The notes: generated by a model from the sequence alone, not told the origin. A stretch of DNA of 64,000 bases from Gammaproteobacteria bacterium (GCA_050183625.1 JBFXBD010000008.1:2521-66520); one strand, 5' to 3'; shown: positions 35,797 through 46,894, counted from the first letter of the stretch. A program made the numbers and translations.

Positions 35797-35932
35797 GCGC
35801 AGCAAGCCCGGCGCCGGGTGTGCGTCCAGACGCGGGGCGCCGCTGCGACGCCATGGTGGCACCGGCGCCCGTAGCACTGAACCAGTTCAGGCGGGCTCAC
35901 TATACTGGCGGCCTCTTCCCTGCGAGGCCGCC

Positions 35933-36895
35933 ATGTCCGCCATCGACTTCCACCGCGCCATGCTCGGCGACCGGGTGCGCAACCGCGCCCTGTACCGGGC
36001 GCTGAAGCAGCACATCGTTCCCGGCCGCACCACCGTTGCCGACATCGGCGCCGGCACCGGCGTGCTCGCCTTCATGGCCCGCCGCCTCGGTGCGCGCGAG
36101 GTGTACCTGTACGAGTACGGGCCGATCCTCGGGCTCGCCGAGCAACTCGCGCAGGACAACCGCATCGACGGCCTGGTGTTCTTGCCCGCGCACAGCCGCG
36201 AGGTGGAGAACCCGCCGCCGGTGGACCTCGTCGTCTGCGAGACGCTCGGCAACTTCGCCTACGAGGAGAACATCATCGAGACCCTCGCCGACGCGCGCCG
36301 GTTCCTGAACCCCGGCGGCCGCATCGTCCCGCAGCACATCGCGCAGTTCGCCGCGCCGGTGGTGTCGCCGCGCTTCCACCGCGAGCTGGCCTGCTGGGGC
36401 CGCGTCGGCCACGGCCTCGACTTCGCCCGCGCCCAGCGCATGAGCATGGACAACATGTACGTGCGCCGCGTGCGGCCGCGCGATCTGCTCGGCGGCATGG
36501 CCTCCGCGCGGCGCTGGGACGCGGTGGCGCTCGGCCGGCCGGCGCGCAGCCTGCGCCGCGGCACGGTGCGCTGGGAGATCGCGCGGGCCGCGACCGTCCA
36601 CGGCTTCGCGCTGTGGTGGGACTGCACGCTGGCGCCCGGAATCATGCTCGGCACCGCGCCCGACGGTCCGCGCACGCACTGGGAGCAGATCTACGTGCCG
36701 ATGCAGGAGCCGATGGCGCTGGCGCGCGGGGACGCGCTGGAACTGCGGATGACGTCGGATACGAGCGGGGCGGGGGCAGCCGTCGCGTGGGATGTGGCAC
36801 ACAGGCGCGGCGGGCGAGTCATGGCAAGACGCGGCGGGGATATCCTCAAGGGTGATTTGCAGTGGCAGGCCGACCTCGAGGCAAGCGATGCATAA
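35933..36895 (+). CDS. class I SAM-dependent methyltransferase of the protein arginine N-methyltransferase (PRMT) type
   Basis: Motif I VADIGAGTGVLAFMA, double-E-like VVCETLGNFAYEENIIE, and a THW loop (GPRTHWEQIYVP), the diagnostic PRMT signature. Confidence 0.75.
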   Translation: MSAIDFHRAMLGDRVRNRALYRALKQHIVPGRTTVADIGAGTGVLAFMARRLGAREVYLYEYGPILGLAEQLAQDNRIDGLVFLPAHSREVENPPPVDLVVCETLGNFAYEENIIETLADARRFLNPGGRIVPQHIAQFAAPVVSPRFHRELACWGRVGHGLDFARAQRMSMDNMYVRRVRPRDLLGGMASARRWDAVALGRPARSLRRGTVRWEIARAATVHGFALWWDCTLAPGIMLGTAPDGPRTHWEQIYVPMQEPMALARGDALELRMTSDTSGAGAAVAWDVAHRRGGRVMARRGGDILKGDLQWQADLEASDA

Positions 36896-36899
36896 GCCA

Positions 36900-37160
36900 A
36901 TGGCATGGCCCCGGCAGATTGCGGCCCTGAACCGCCCCTTCGTCGTCGCGAGCGCACGCGAAGCGACCCAAGCGGGTTCGATGCCGCCGGCAGCGCGTGG
37001 ATTGCTTCGTCGCTTCGCTCCTCGCAATGACGGGGTGCGGTTCATGGATAGGCCGCGCAGCGGCCGCGGCAATCCAGGCGGCCTGGGCCGAATCAGCGCT
37101 GCATGGGTCGCTTCGCTGCGCTCGCGACGACGAAGGGGCGGTTCAGGGCCACGATCGGCC
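36900..37160. repeat. REP/MITE-like repeat, copy C (composite ~260 bp)
   Basis: Same modules as copies A and B, with terminal inverted segments ccttcgtcgtcgcgagcgcacgcgaagcgaccc ... gggtcgcttcgctgcgctcgcgacgacgaagg. Confidence 0.8.
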
Positions 37161-37213
37161 GGGGTTGCCCCGGTTCCGCCCCGCGATGAGTTGCGTGCCG
37201 CACTGCACGGCCG

Positions 37214-37573
37214 GTGATGAATCGACCCATGACTAACCACCTCTACCACATCACCACGGCCCCCGAGCTCGCTGCCGCCGCGCGCACCGGCGTCTACCTT
37301 CCCGAAGCGTTCCCCCGCGAAGGCTTCATTCACTGCTCGCACGCCTACCAGCTCCTCGCCACCGCCAGCAAGCACTATCCCGGCCGCACCGGCCTGGTGG
37401 TTCTCCGGATCGACCCGGCGAAGGTCCCGGCCCGCGTCGTCGAGGAGGATCTCCACGGCACCGGCCAGGCCTTCCCGCACATCTACGGCCCGCTGCCGAT
37501 GGCTGCAGTGGTGGCGGTGCACGATTTCCCCTGCGGGCCGAACGGCTTCGCGCTGCCGGCGGGCGTCGTCTGA
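37214..37573 (+). CDS. DUF952-domain protein
   Basis: LYHITTAPEL...EGFIHCS pattern typical of DUF952. Confidence 0.65.
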   Translation: MMNRPMTNHLYHITTAPELAAAARTGVYLPEAFPREGFIHCSHAYQLLATASKHYPGRTGLVVLRIDPAKVPARVVEEDLHGTGQAFPHIYGPLPMAAVVAVHDFPCGPNGFALPAGVV

Positions 37574-37609
37574 GCTCGTGAGCCGGCGCCTTGTCCCGCC
37601 GGCACCGCG

Positions 37610-38698
37610 GTGACAGACTTGCAGGCCATGGAGGAAGCCGCGACTACGGAAACGCTCGGAGCCGCCGCGGCCCCGGCCACGGTCTTCCACGGCGTCAGCT
37701 TCGATCCCGTCACCCGCGTCACACGCAGCTTCGGCCCCGGGGATCTGCAGCGCGAACTCGAAGATCCGGCCGTGTTCTCCTGGATCGATCTGCAGGCGCC
37801 GGACATGGGCGCGCTGAACGATCTGCTGCGGCGCTGGGAGGTGGACCTCGTCCTCACCAGCCATTTCGACGAGCCGGAGATCCTGCCGCGCATCGTCGAG
37901 CGGCCGCAGTGCATCGCGTTCTACCTGTACGAGGTGGTCGATCCCGAGCAGCACCTGGACACCGCCAGCACCCTGGAGGCGATCGACTTCACGCGCATGG
38001 TGCTGATCCTGGGCGCGGACTTCGTCATCACCTTCCATCGCCGCCCGCTCGCGGCCATGGACCACGTGAAGGCGGCCTGCATCGAGTCGTTCCAGCTCGC
38101 CGGGCGCTCGCCGGGTTTCGTCGCCTTCCTGCTCCTGGAACGCTGCGTCTACGACTACGCCCACCTGAACCTCGCCAACGACAATTTCCTGGACGTGATC
38201 GAGGAACGCATGTTCGCCGGCGGCGAGCACGCGCTGGACGACGGCGTCGCCATCGCCGGCCGCAACATCCTCACGCTGAAGAAGCTCGCCTCCAGCCTGC
38301 ACATCGTGCTGATGCTGCTGGCCACCAAGCAGAGCCCGTTCATCAGCCACGACGCGCGCGCCTCGTTCCAGGGCCTGCTGGTGAACGCGTCGTCGGTGCG
38401 CGCCGCGATCGATTCCTCGCGCGTGCTGCTGGACGGCATCCTGGTCCACATGCAGGCGCACGCCACCAGGCGCACCAGCGAGATCGCGCGCGTGCTCACC
38501 GTGGTCTCCGGGATCATGCTGCCGCTGACGCTCATCACCGGCATCTACGGCATGAACTTCGAGCACATGCCGGAGCTGAAGCACCCCTACGGCTACTACA
38601 TCGTGCTTGGCGTCATCGCCACGGTGGGCGCCGGGCTGTACCTGCTGTTCCGGCGCCTGCGCTGGGTCGGCACCGGCCGCAGCCGCGCGCGCCGGTAG
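37610..38698 (+). CDS. corA: CorA-family divalent-cation (Mg2+/Co2+) transporter
   Basis: C-terminal two TM helices with the YGMNFEHMPE (GMN) signature. Cytoplasmic N-domain. Confidence 0.85.
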   Translation: MTDLQAMEEAATTETLGAAAAPATVFHGVSFDPVTRVTRSFGPGDLQRELEDPAVFSWIDLQAPDMGALNDLLRRWEVDLVLTSHFDEPEILPRIVERPQCIAFYLYEVVDPEQHLDTASTLEAIDFTRMVLILGADFVITFHRRPLAAMDHVKAACIESFQLAGRSPGFVAFLLLERCVYDYAHLNLANDNFLDVIEERMFAGGEHALDDGVAIAGRNILTLKKLASSLHIVLMLLATKQSPFISHDARASFQGLLVNASSVRAAIDSSRVLLDGILVHMQAHATRRTSEIARVLTVVSGIMLPLTLITGIYGMNFEHMPELKHPYGYYIVLGVIATVGAGLYLLFRRLRWVGTGRSRARR

Positions 38699-38735
38699 GG
38701 CGCGTTTACGCCGTTTTTATACCCGCGGGCGGATA

Positions 38736-40298
38736 ATGGCCGCGGGCTCCAGGCCAGGTCCGAAGGCCATGCACACTCGCGAGGGGATCGGTCCGCTGCG
38801 GCGCTATGCCGAAGCCGCGGGCGCCTGCGTGCTCGTCACCGCTGCCGCGATGCCGATTGCGGAGCGCCTGGACCCGACCAACGTCGCCATGCTCTATCTC
38901 CTGGCGGTCGCCGCGGTCGCGGTGCGGAGCGGGCGCGGCCCGGCGGTGTTCGCCGCTGTGCTGGGCGTGGGCGGCTTCGATTTCTTCTTCGTCCCCCCGC
39001 GCTTCACTTTCGCCGTGGGGGACGCGCAGTACCTGGTCACGTTCGCGGTGATGCTCGCCGTTGCGCTGGTCATCTCCGGCCTCACCGGCGGGCTCGCCCA
39101 GCACGCACGTGCATCCGCCGCGCGCGAGCGCGACATGCGCGCGCTCTACGCCCTGGCGAGCCGGCTGTCTGCGGTGCTGCGCGCGCAGGACGTGGAGCGG
39201 GAAGTGGCGGAGTTCCTCGCACAGGGGTTCGGCGCGCGCGCGCGGTTGCTTCTCGCGGGCGCGGACGAGTCGCTGGTCGATGTTTCCGGCGCACGCCCGG
39301 ATCCCACCCGGCCCGAGTCCATCGCCGCCGGGGTGGTGCTCTCCGGCGGCCGCGCGCATGCCTCCAGCCAGCCGGCGGACGACGGCCTGGTCCATCTGCT
39401 GCTGCCGCTGCGCGGCGCCGTACGCGTGCGCGGCGTGCTCGACGTGGGCGCGTCGCCTGACGCGGCCGAACGAGTCGAACATGGCCGCAGCCTGCTCGAA
39501 GCGGTCGCCACGCTCGCCGCTACCGCGCTGGAGCGCCAGCATTTCGTCGAGATCGCGCGCGCCACCGAGGTGGAGATTGCTGCCGAACGGCTGCGCGCGT
39601 CGATCCTGTCCGCGCTTTCGCACGACGTACGCACGCCCCTGACCGCGCTCTACGGCCTGGCTGACACTCTCGCCGCGGGCCACCCGCCATTGCCCCCGGC
39701 GGCGCGGGAGACCGCCGCGGCGATCCGCGACCAGGCGCTGCGGCTCTCGCGCATGGTCGCGAACCTGCTCGATCTGGCCCGGCTGCGCAGCGGCCGGGTG
39801 ATGCTGCGTAGGGAGTGGCAGCCGATCGAGGAGGTGATCGGCGCCGGGATCAATCTGCTCGGCGCCGCGCTGCGCGACCATCGGGTCGAAGTGGACGTTC
39901 CTGAGGACTTTCCGCTGCTGGCGTTCGACGCGGTGCTGATGGAGCGCGTGGTCTGCAATCTGCTGGAGAATGCCGCCCGCTTCGCCCCGGCCGGCACGCC
40001 GATCCGGATCCAGGCACGCATGGACGCAGGCCAGGCAGTCATCGAGGTGTGCGATCAGGGTCCGGGTTTTGCGCCGGACCGGGTCGCGCACATTTTCGAA
40101 CCGTTCGGACGCGAGGCGCCGGCCGCGGGCGCAGGTACCGGCGTCGGACTCGCAATCTGCCGTGCGATCCTCGACGCGCACGATGCGGAGATCCAGGCGT
40201 TCGCCGGGCCGGGCGGGCGCGTGCGGATCGTGCTGCCGGCGGGCTCTCCACCGCCGGTGCACGCGGAGGACGAGGCCTGCCAGGGTATTCCCGCATGA
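38736..40298 (+). CDS. kdpD: KdpD-type sensor histidine kinase lacking the N-terminal KdpD/Usp sensing domains
   Basis: Begins directly with the KdpD 4-TM module (DFFFVPPRFTFAVGDAQYL signature). Followed by GAF-like linker, HisKA (LSHDVRTPLT) and HATPase (GTGVGLAICR). Upstream is corA, so there is no room for the missing ~350 aa. Alternative start at 38769. Confidence 0.8.
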   Translation: MAAGSRPGPKAMHTREGIGPLRRYAEAAGACVLVTAAAMPIAERLDPTNVAMLYLLAVAAVAVRSGRGPAVFAAVLGVGGFDFFFVPPRFTFAVGDAQYLVTFAVMLAVALVISGLTGGLAQHARASAARERDMRALYALASRLSAVLRAQDVEREVAEFLAQGFGARARLLLAGADESLVDVSGARPDPTRPESIAAGVVLSGGRAHASSQPADDGLVHLLLPLRGAVRVRGVLDVGASPDAAERVEHGRSLLEAVATLAATALERQHFVEIARATEVEIAAERLRASILSALSHDVRTPLTALYGLADTLAAGHPPLPPAARETAAAIRDQALRLSRMVANLLDLARLRSGRVMLRREWQPIEEVIGAGINLLGAALRDHRVEVDVPEDFPLLAFDAVLMERVVCNLLENAARFAPAGTPIRIQARMDAGQAVIEVCDQGPGFAPDRVAHIFEPFGREAPAAGAGTGVGLAICRAILDAHDAEIQAFAGPGGRVRIVLPAGSPPPVHAEDEACQGIPA

Positions 40299-40981
40299 AC
40301 ATGCGCGCGCCCGCCGTGCTGGTGGTCGAGGACGACGCGCCAATCCGGCGCTTCCTGCGTACCGCGCTCGAAGCCGAGTCCTACAGCGTCGTCGAGGCCG
40401 CCGCGATCGCCCAGGGGCTGGAGCGGGCCGTTGCCGCGCAGCCGGATCTGGTGGTGCTGGACCTCGGCCTGCCCGATGGCGATGGCCTGGAGTTCGTCCG
40501 CACCTTGCGCGCCTGGTCGCAGGCGCCGATCCTGGTGCTCACCGCACGCACCGCCGAGGACGACAAGATCCGCGCCCTGGACGCGGGCGCGGACGACTAC
40601 CTCACCAAGCCGTTCCCGGCCGGGGAACTGCTGGCGCGCGTGCGCGCGTTGCTGCGGCGCAGCCGCCCGGCGCCGGCCGCGCCGGTAGTGGAGTTCGGCG
40701 ACGTACGGCTGGACCTCGCCGCGCGCAGCGTGAGCCGCGCCGGCGCTCCGGTGCGGCTGACCCGCACGGAGTTCGATCTGCTCGCGCTGCTCGTCGCGAA
40801 TACCGGCAAGGTGATGACGCAGCGGCGCCTGCTGCGCGAGATCTGGGGGCCGTCGCTCGTGGACAGCAGCCACTACCTGCGGGTGTACGTCGGCCGGTTG
40901 CGGCGCAAGCTGGAGCACGATCCGGCCCAGCCCCGGCACCTGCTGACGGAGACCGGCGTCGGCTACCGGTTCCAGCCATGA
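40295..40981 (+). CDS. kdpE: OmpR-family response regulator KdpE
   Basis: ATGA overlap with the kinase stop. Receiver domain with Asp in VVLDLGLPDGDG, C-terminal winged helix (VGYRFQP). Confidence 0.9.
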   Translation: MNMRAPAVLVVEDDAPIRRFLRTALEAESYSVVEAAAIAQGLERAVAAQPDLVVLDLGLPDGDGLEFVRTLRAWSQAPILVLTARTAEDDKIRALDAGADDYLTKPFPAGELLARVRALLRRSRPAPAAPVVEFGDVRLDLAARSVSRAGAPVRLTRTEFDLLALLVANTGKVMTQRRLLREIWGPSLVDSSHYLRVYVGRLRRKLEHDPAQPRHLLTETGVGYRFQP

Positions 40982-41090
40982 CCCGCCCCATCGTCGTCGC
41001 GAGCGCAGCGAAGCGACCCACGCGGCCTCGATGCCACCGGCAGCGCGTGGATTGCTTCGTCGCTTCGCTCCTCGCAAGGACATGATGACG
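40982..41090. repeat. REP/MITE-like repeat, copy D (single module ~105 bp)
   Basis: ccatcgtcgtcgcgagcgcagcgaagcgaccc...cagcgcgtggattgcttcgtcgcttcgctcctcgcaagg. Confidence 0.75.
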
Positions 41091-41115
41091 ATGAAAGACT
41101 CGAGGACCCCGCAGC

Positions 41116-42987
41116 ATGAAGCATGACGACAACGCGCGCGTCGGCACCGGCGCCCTGGCCCTGGCCGCGCTCGGCGTGGTCTACGGCGACATCGGCACCA
41201 GCCCGCTGTATGCCTTCAAGGAGGCGTTCATCGGCCACGGATTCGCGCCGACACCGGAGAACGTACTGGCGACGCTCTCGGCGCTGTTCTGGGCGGTGAT
41301 GCTGATCATCTCGTTCAAGTACGTCTGGGTCATCCTGAAGTTCGACAACGACGGCGAGGGCGGCGTGCTCGCGCTTACCGCCCTGGCGCGCCGGCTGGCA
41401 CGCTCGTCCGCCGCCAGGACGGCGCTGGTGGTCGCGCTCGGGGTGTTCGGCGCGGCGTTGTTCTACGGGGACGCGATCATCACCCCGGCCATTTCCGTAA
41501 TCTCCGCGGTCGAGGGCGTGAGCGTCGCCATGCCGCGCTTCGAGCATTGGGTCATCCCGATCACGATCGCGATACTGATCGGCCTGTTCGCGATCCAGCG
41601 CCACGGCACGGGCCGGGTCGGCGGGTTGTTCGGGCCGGTGACCATCGCCTGGTTCCTCGTCCTGGCGGCGCTCGGGGCCGCCAGCATCGCGCAGACGCCG
41701 CAGGTGCTCGCGGCGCTGGATCCGCGCCACGCAATCGAACTCGCCGCCGACCATCCGGCCGCAGCCTTCCTGCTCCTGTCAGCCGTGTTCCTGGCCCTGA
41801 CCGGCGGCGAAGCGCTGTATGCCGACATGGGCCATTTCGGCGCGCGGCCGGTGCGGCTGGCCTGGTACGGCCTGGTCTGGCCTGCGCTGATGCTGAACTA
41901 CTTCGGCCAGGGGGCGCTGGTGATCCGCGACCCGGCGGCAGTGATGAACCCGTTCTACCTGATTGCGCCCGAAGCGCTGCGGATCCCGCTCGTGATCCTG
42001 GCCACCGCCGCGACCATCATCGCCTCGCAGGCAACCATATCGGGAGCCTACTCGGTGACGCTGCAGGCCTCGCGCCTGGGCTACCTGCCGAGGATCCGCA
42101 TCCTGCACACTTCGGACACCGAGCGCGGACAGATCTACATCTCCTCGGTGAACTGGCTGATGCTGATCGCGGTGATCGTGCTGGTGCTGCAGTTCAGATC
42201 CTCCTCTGGCCTGGCAGCGGCCTACGGCATCGCGGTGTCAGGCACCATGATCATCACCACCGCGCTGTGCGCCTTCGTCACGCTGATGCTGCCGGGGCGC
42301 GTGCGCATCGGCCTGCTCGCCGCGCTGGCGCTGTTCGCGCTCCTGGAAGCAGTGTTCTTCGCGTCGAACCTGACCAAGCTCGCCGCCGGCGGCTGGCTGC
42401 CGATGGCGCTCGGCGCGGGCATCTTCATCATGCTGACCACCTGGAAGGAAGGCACGGGCCGCATTGCCGCCGGCCGGCGCCGGACCGACATCCCGATCGC
42501 GGATTTTCTCTCCGCGCCGCCGGTGGACGCCGCGCGCGTGCCTGGCACCGGGGTCTACCTCACCTCGGATCCGGACCTGGTCCCCAGCGCGCTGTTCCAC
42601 AATCTCAAGCACTTCAAGGTGCTGCACGAGACGATCGTGTTCCTGCACGTGGTCACAGAGGAAGTGCCGCAGATCCCCCCCGAACACCGCGTGCAGGTCA
42701 AGCCGCTGGCGCCGGGCATGTACGCCGTGGCGCTGCGCTTCGGCTTCCGGGAGGAGGCTGACATCTGCGCACAGCTCGACGCAATCACCGGTGCCGGCGT
42801 GCCGGTGGATCCGATGAGCGCCAGCTTCTTCGTCGCCCGCACCATGATCGTCGATGGCCCCGGCGAGCTGCCGCGCTGGCGCTGCGCGCTGTTCTCGTGG
42901 ATGACCCGCCAGGCCGAGAGCGCGGCGACCTACTACAACCTGCCGGCCAATCGCGTGGTGGAGGTGGGGACGCAGGTGGTGCTGTAG
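41116..42987 (+). CDS. kup: Kup/HAK/KT potassium uptake transporter
   Basis: N-terminal GVVYGDIGTSPLYAFKE hallmark. 12 TM helices plus a cytoplasmic C-domain. 623 aa. Confidence 0.9.
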   Translation: MKHDDNARVGTGALALAALGVVYGDIGTSPLYAFKEAFIGHGFAPTPENVLATLSALFWAVMLIISFKYVWVILKFDNDGEGGVLALTALARRLARSSAARTALVVALGVFGAALFYGDAIITPAISVISAVEGVSVAMPRFEHWVIPITIAILIGLFAIQRHGTGRVGGLFGPVTIAWFLVLAALGAASIAQTPQVLAALDPRHAIELAADHPAAAFLLLSAVFLALTGGEALYADMGHFGARPVRLAWYGLVWPALMLNYFGQGALVIRDPAAVMNPFYLIAPEALRIPLVILATAATIIASQATISGAYSVTLQASRLGYLPRIRILHTSDTERGQIYISSVNWLMLIAVIVLVLQFRSSSGLAAAYGIAVSGTMIITTALCAFVTLMLPGRVRIGLLAALALFALLEAVFFASNLTKLAAGGWLPMALGAGIFIMLTTWKEGTGRIAAGRRRTDIPIADFLSAPPVDAARVPGTGVYLTSDPDLVPSALFHNLKHFKVLHETIVFLHVVTEEVPQIPPEHRVQVKPLAPGMYAVALRFGFREEADICAQLDAITGAGVPVDPMSASFFVARTMIVDGPGELPRWRCALFSWMTRQAESAATYYNLPANRVVEVGTQVVL

Positions 42988-43002
42988 CGCGCAGCGGTGC
43001 CG

Positions 43003-44088
43003 TCAGTGTGGGTGGGTGCGGGCGGTCTCACCCTCCAGGTAGACCCGCGGCCGCTTCGGCCGAACCCAGACTTCTTCGCCCTCGCGCCACCCCGCCACCA
43101 ACCAGGCTTCGCGAGGCATCGCAGCCTCGATTTGACCGCCGCCGTCGTTGCGCTCCAGATCCAGGCGTACCTGGGCGCCAATCGGGCGTACGTCGCGGAT
43201 GCGGGCGGCAATGCCGCCCAGGCCGTTCTTTTCGCGTACCACCTCCAGCTCGTGCGGGCGGGCATAGACCAGCGCCGGGGTATCGTGCTGATCGTGATGT
43301 TCGTCGAGCGCGAATTCGAAATCGCCGATCTTTGCCCGCCCGGCGTGGATGCGGCTGTGGAACAGGTTGACGTCGCCCAGGAACTGATACACGAACGGCG
43401 TGGCCGGGTGCTCGTAGACGGCATCCGGCGTACCGAACTGCTCGACGGCGCCGGCATTCATCACCACGATCCGGTCGGCGACTTCCAGGGCCTCCTCCTG
43501 GTCATGGGTGACGAACACGCTGGTGACGTGCAGTTCGTCGTGCAGGCGTCGCAGCCAGCGCCGCAGCTCCTTGCGCACGCGCGCGTCGAGCGCGCCGAAC
43601 GGCTCGTCCAGGAGCAGCACGCGCGGTTCCACCGCGAGCGCGCGCGCCAGCGCGATGCGCTGGCGCTGGCCCCCGGAGAGCTGCGGCGGATAGCGGTCGG
43701 CGAGCCAGTCGAGCTGGACCAACTCCAACAGCTCCTTGACCTTCGCGTGGATCGCCGCCTCCCCGGGACGATTGCGGCGCGGACGCACGCGCAAGCCGAA
43801 GGCGACGTTCTCGAACACCGTCATGTGCCGGAATAGCGCGTAGTGCTGGAACACGAATCCGACGCGCCGGTCGCGCACGTGCTGGTGCGTCGTGTCGACG
43901 TCGTCGAACAGGATCCGACCGCCATCAGGCAGCTCCAGACCGGCGATGATGCGTAGCAGGGTGGTCTTGCCGCAGCCAGAGGGGCCGAGCAGCGCGGTCA
44001 GCTCGCCTTTGGGGATGTCGAGGCTGACGTCGTTCAGCGCGGCGAAGCTGCCGAAACTCTTCCGTACACCCTGGACCTTGATGCTCAT
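43003..44088 (-). CDS. cysA: sulfate/thiosulfate ABC transporter ATP-binding protein
   Basis: Walker [26 protein letters not shown]-terminal TOBE/MOP-like domain. Start overlaps the cysW stop. Confidence 0.9.
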   Translation of the reverse strand: MSIKVQGVRKSFGSFAALNDVSLDIPKGELTALLGPSGCGKTTLLRIIAGLELPDGGRILFDDVDTTHQHVRDRRVGFVFQHYALFRHMTVFENVAFGLRVRPRRNRPGEAAIHAKVKELLELVQLDWLADRYPPQLSGGQRQRIALARALAVEPRVLLLDEPFGALDARVRKELRRWLRRLHDELHVTSVFVTHDQEEALEVADRIVVMNAGAVEQFGTPDAVYEHPATPFVYQFLGDVNLFHSRIHAGRAKIGDFEFALDEHHDQHDTPALVYARPHELEVVREKNGLGGIAARIRDVRPIGAQVRLDLERNDGGGQIEAAMPREAWLVAGWREGEEVWVRPKRPRVYLEGETARTHPH

Positions 44089-44990
44089 GACGGTATCTCC
44101 TCGGATTGCTCGGCGGCCCGTACCTGGCGCTCGCGCAGGCCGCGCCACTCGACGATCGATTTCGCGATCAGGGTGACGATGGCCAGGCAGGCGAGCAGGG
44201 AGGCCGCGGCGAACGCGGCGGTGAAGTTGTATTCGTTGTAGAGGATTTCCACGTGCAGCGGGACGGTGTTCGTCAGCCCGCGGATATGGCCGGAAACGAC
44301 CGATACGGCGCCGAACTCGCCCATCGCGCGGGCGTTGCAGAGAATCACTCCGTACAGCAGGCCCCACTTCACGTTCGGCAGGGTGATGCGCCAGAACGCC
44401 GACCAGCCGCTGGCACCGAGCGAGATGGCCGCTTCTTCCTCTTCGGGACCCTGTTCCTGCATCAGCGGGATCAGTTCGCGTGCCACGAAGGGGAAGGTCA
44501 CGAAGATGGTGGCGAGCACGATGCCGGGTACCGCGAAGATGATTTTGATGTCGTGGTCCTGCAGCCAGTGTCCGAACCAGCCTTGCAGGCCGAATACCAG
44601 CACGTACACCAAGCCGGCAATCACGGGGGATACCGAGAACGGCAGATCGATGAGGGTGACGAGCAGGCTCTTGCCGCGAAAGTCGAACTTGGCGATGGCC
44701 CACGCCGCCGCGACACCGAATACGAGGTTCGCCGGCACGGCGATCAGCGCGGTGATCAGCGTGAGCTTCACTGCAGCGATGGCGACCGGTTCGGTGATGG
44801 CTGCGGCGTAGGGCCCGAATCCCTGGCGCAGCGCGTAGCCGAAGACGACGGCGAGCGGCAGCACCAGGAACAGGCCCATGAAGGCGATGGCGACTCCGAT
44901 CAGCAGGCGGCGGACCCAGGCGGGCTCGGCCAGTGCGGCCGCACGCCCGGCGGCACCCGGGGACGGCAGGGTCATGGTCGCGGATGTCAT
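44085..44990 (-). CDS. cysW: sulfate ABC transporter permease
   Basis: EAA loop region ([21 protein letters not shown]). CysW-like. Confidence 0.9.
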   Translation of the reverse strand: MTSATMTLPSPGAAGRAAALAEPAWVRRLLIGVAIAFMGLFLVLPLAVVFGYALRQGFGPYAAAITEPVAIAAVKLTLITALIAVPANLVFGVAAAWAIAKFDFRGKSLLVTLIDLPFSVSPVIAGLVYVLVFGLQGWFGHWLQDHDIKIIFAVPGIVLATIFVTFPFVARELIPLMQEQGPEEEEAAISLGASGWSAFWRITLPNVKWGLLYGVILCNARAMGEFGAVSVVSGHIRGLTNTVPLHVEILYNEYNFTAAFAAASLLACLAIVTLIAKSIVEWRGLRERQVRAAEQSEEIPS

Positions 44991-45000
44991 GTCGGCCTCC

Positions 45001-45840
45001 TCAATTCCGGCCGTGGCGTGCGCGTGCCCACCACTGCAGCAGGTTGATGGTCAGCAGCAGCACGAAGGAAACCACCAGCATCGCCACGGCCAGCGCGGTG
45101 GCGCCGGCGTAGTCGTACTGTTCCAGCTTCGTGATGATGAGCAACGGGGTGATCTCCGACACCATCGGGATGTTGCCGGCGATGAAAATCACCGACCCGT
45201 ACTCGCCCAGCGCGCGCGCGAACGCAAGCGCGAATCCGGTGAGCAGGGCTGGGTACAGGGGGGGCAGCAGCACGCGCAGGAAGGTCTGCAGGCGCGAGGC
45301 GCCCAGGCTGGCTGCGGCCTCCTCGAGTTCCGCCTCGAGATCCTGCAGCACCGGCTGCAATGTGCGTACGACGAACGGCAGGCCAATGAAGGTCAGCGCG
45401 ATCGTCACTCCGATCGGCGTGTAGGCGACCTTGATGCCCAACGGTTCCAGGAACCTGCCGATCCAGCCGTTCGGCGCGTACAGGGTGGTCAGCGCGATAC
45501 CGGCCACTGCGGTCGGCAGGGCGAACGGCAGGTCCACCAGGGCATCGAGAATGCGCTTGCCCGGGAACGAATAGCGCACCAGCACCCACGCCACGAGCAG
45601 CCCGAACACGGCGTTGATCGTGGCGCCGATTGCAGAAGCGCCGAAGCTCAGCCGGTAGGAAGCCAGGACCCGCGGCGCGGTGACGACGGCCCAGAACTCG
45701 CCCCAGGTCAGCGCGGCCGTGCGCAGGAACACCGCCGCCAGCGGGATGAGTACAATGAGCGTGAGGTACATCAGCGTATAGCCGAGCGCCAGGGGGAACC
45801 CGGGCAGTACGGAGTGACGCTTGAGCATGATCGGCCCCAT
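45001..45840 (-). CDS. cysT: sulfate ABC transporter permease
   Basis: EAA loop ([22 protein letters not shown]). CysT/CysU-like. Confidence 0.9.
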   Translation of the reverse strand: MGPIMLKRHSVLPGFPLALGYTLMYLTLIVLIPLAAVFLRTAALTWGEFWAVVTAPRVLASYRLSFGASAIGATINAVFGLLVAWVLVRYSFPGKRILDALVDLPFALPTAVAGIALTTLYAPNGWIGRFLEPLGIKVAYTPIGVTIALTFIGLPFVVRTLQPVLQDLEAELEEAAASLGASRLQTFLRVLLPPLYPALLTGFALAFARALGEYGSVIFIAGNIPMVSEITPLLIITKLEQYDYAGATALAVAMLVVSFVLLLTINLLQWWARARHGRN

Positions 45841-45844
45841 GGCT

Positions 45845-46894
45845 TCAGCGCGCCGGAAATGCGCCCGGGGTGTAGATCTGGTCGAAGATGCCGCCGTCGC
45901 TGAAATGCGTCTCCTGCGCCTTCTTCCAGCCGCCGAACTCCGCGATCGTCACCAGGTCCAGCGCGGGAAACCGGTCGGCGTACTTCGCGGCCACCTCGGG
46001 ATTTCGCGGGCGATAGAAGTGCTTCGCCGCGAGCTCCTGGCCTTCCGGAGAATACAGGTACTCCAGGTAGGCCTTGGCAACGGTCGCGGTGCCGCGTCGC
46101 TGCGCGACCCGCTCGACCACGGTGACCGGCGGCTCGGCAAGGATCGACAGCGAGGGAACGACGACCTGGAATTTGCCCTCGCCGAACTCCTTGTTCACGA
46201 GAAATGCCTCGTTTTCCCAAGTGATGAGTACATCACCGATGCCGCGTTCAGCGAACGTGGTGGTCGAGCCGCGCGCGCCGGAGTCGAGCACTGCGGCGTT
46301 CTTGAAGAGCCTGGCCACCATGTCGCGCGCGGCGGCATCGCTGCCGAACTTCTTCTTCGCGAACGCCCACGCCGCCAGGTAGTTCCAGCGCGCACCGCCG
46401 GACGTCTTGGGGTTCGGCGTAATGACCGACACGCCTGGCCTGGCGAGGTCATCCCAGTCCTTGATGCCTTTGGGATTGCCGGCCCGCACGAGGAACACGA
46501 TCGTGGAAGTGTAGGGCGCGCTGTTCTGCGGCAACTTGGACTGCCAGTCCTTGGTGATGAGGCCGCCCTTCTCGAACAGCACGTCGATGTCGTAGGCGAG
46601 CGCCAGGGTGACGACGTCGGCTTCCAGGCCGTCGATTACCGAGCGCGCCTGCTTGCCCGAGCCACCGTGCGACTGCTGGATGGTGACCTCCTGGCCAGTC
46701 CTGCCCTTCCAGTACTTCGCAAACGCCGCGTTGTACTCCTGGTAAAGCTCGCGCGTCGGGTCGTAAGACACGTTCAGCAACGTCGTGCCTGCCGCGTGCG
46801 CGCTCGGGGCGTTGAGGAAGGCGGCCGCCAGCACGATGGCGGCGAGTGCTGCGAGCAGGGGTTCTCTGAAGCTGAGCGGAAATCGGGCGTTCAT
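45845..46894 (-). CDS. sbp: sulfate-binding periplasmic protein
   Basis: Signal peptide. [12 protein letters not shown] and [14 protein letters not shown] segments typical of Sbp/CysP. Confidence 0.9.
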   Translation of the reverse strand: MNARFPLSFREPLLAALAAIVLAAAFLNAPSAHAAGTTLLNVSYDPTRELYQEYNAAFAKYWKGRTGQEVTIQQSHGGSGKQARSVIDGLEADVVTLALAYDIDVLFEKGGLITKDWQSKLPQNSAPYTSTIVFLVRAGNPKGIKDWDDLARPGVSVITPNPKTSGGARWNYLAAWAFAKKKFGSDAAARDMVARLFKNAAVLDSGARGSTTTFAERGIGDVLITWENEAFLVNKEFGEGKFQVVVPSLSILAEPPVTVVERVAQRRGTATVAKAYLEYLYSPEGQELAAKHFYRPRNPEVAAKYADRFPALDLVTIAEFGGWKKAQETHFSDGGIFDQIYTPGAFPAR

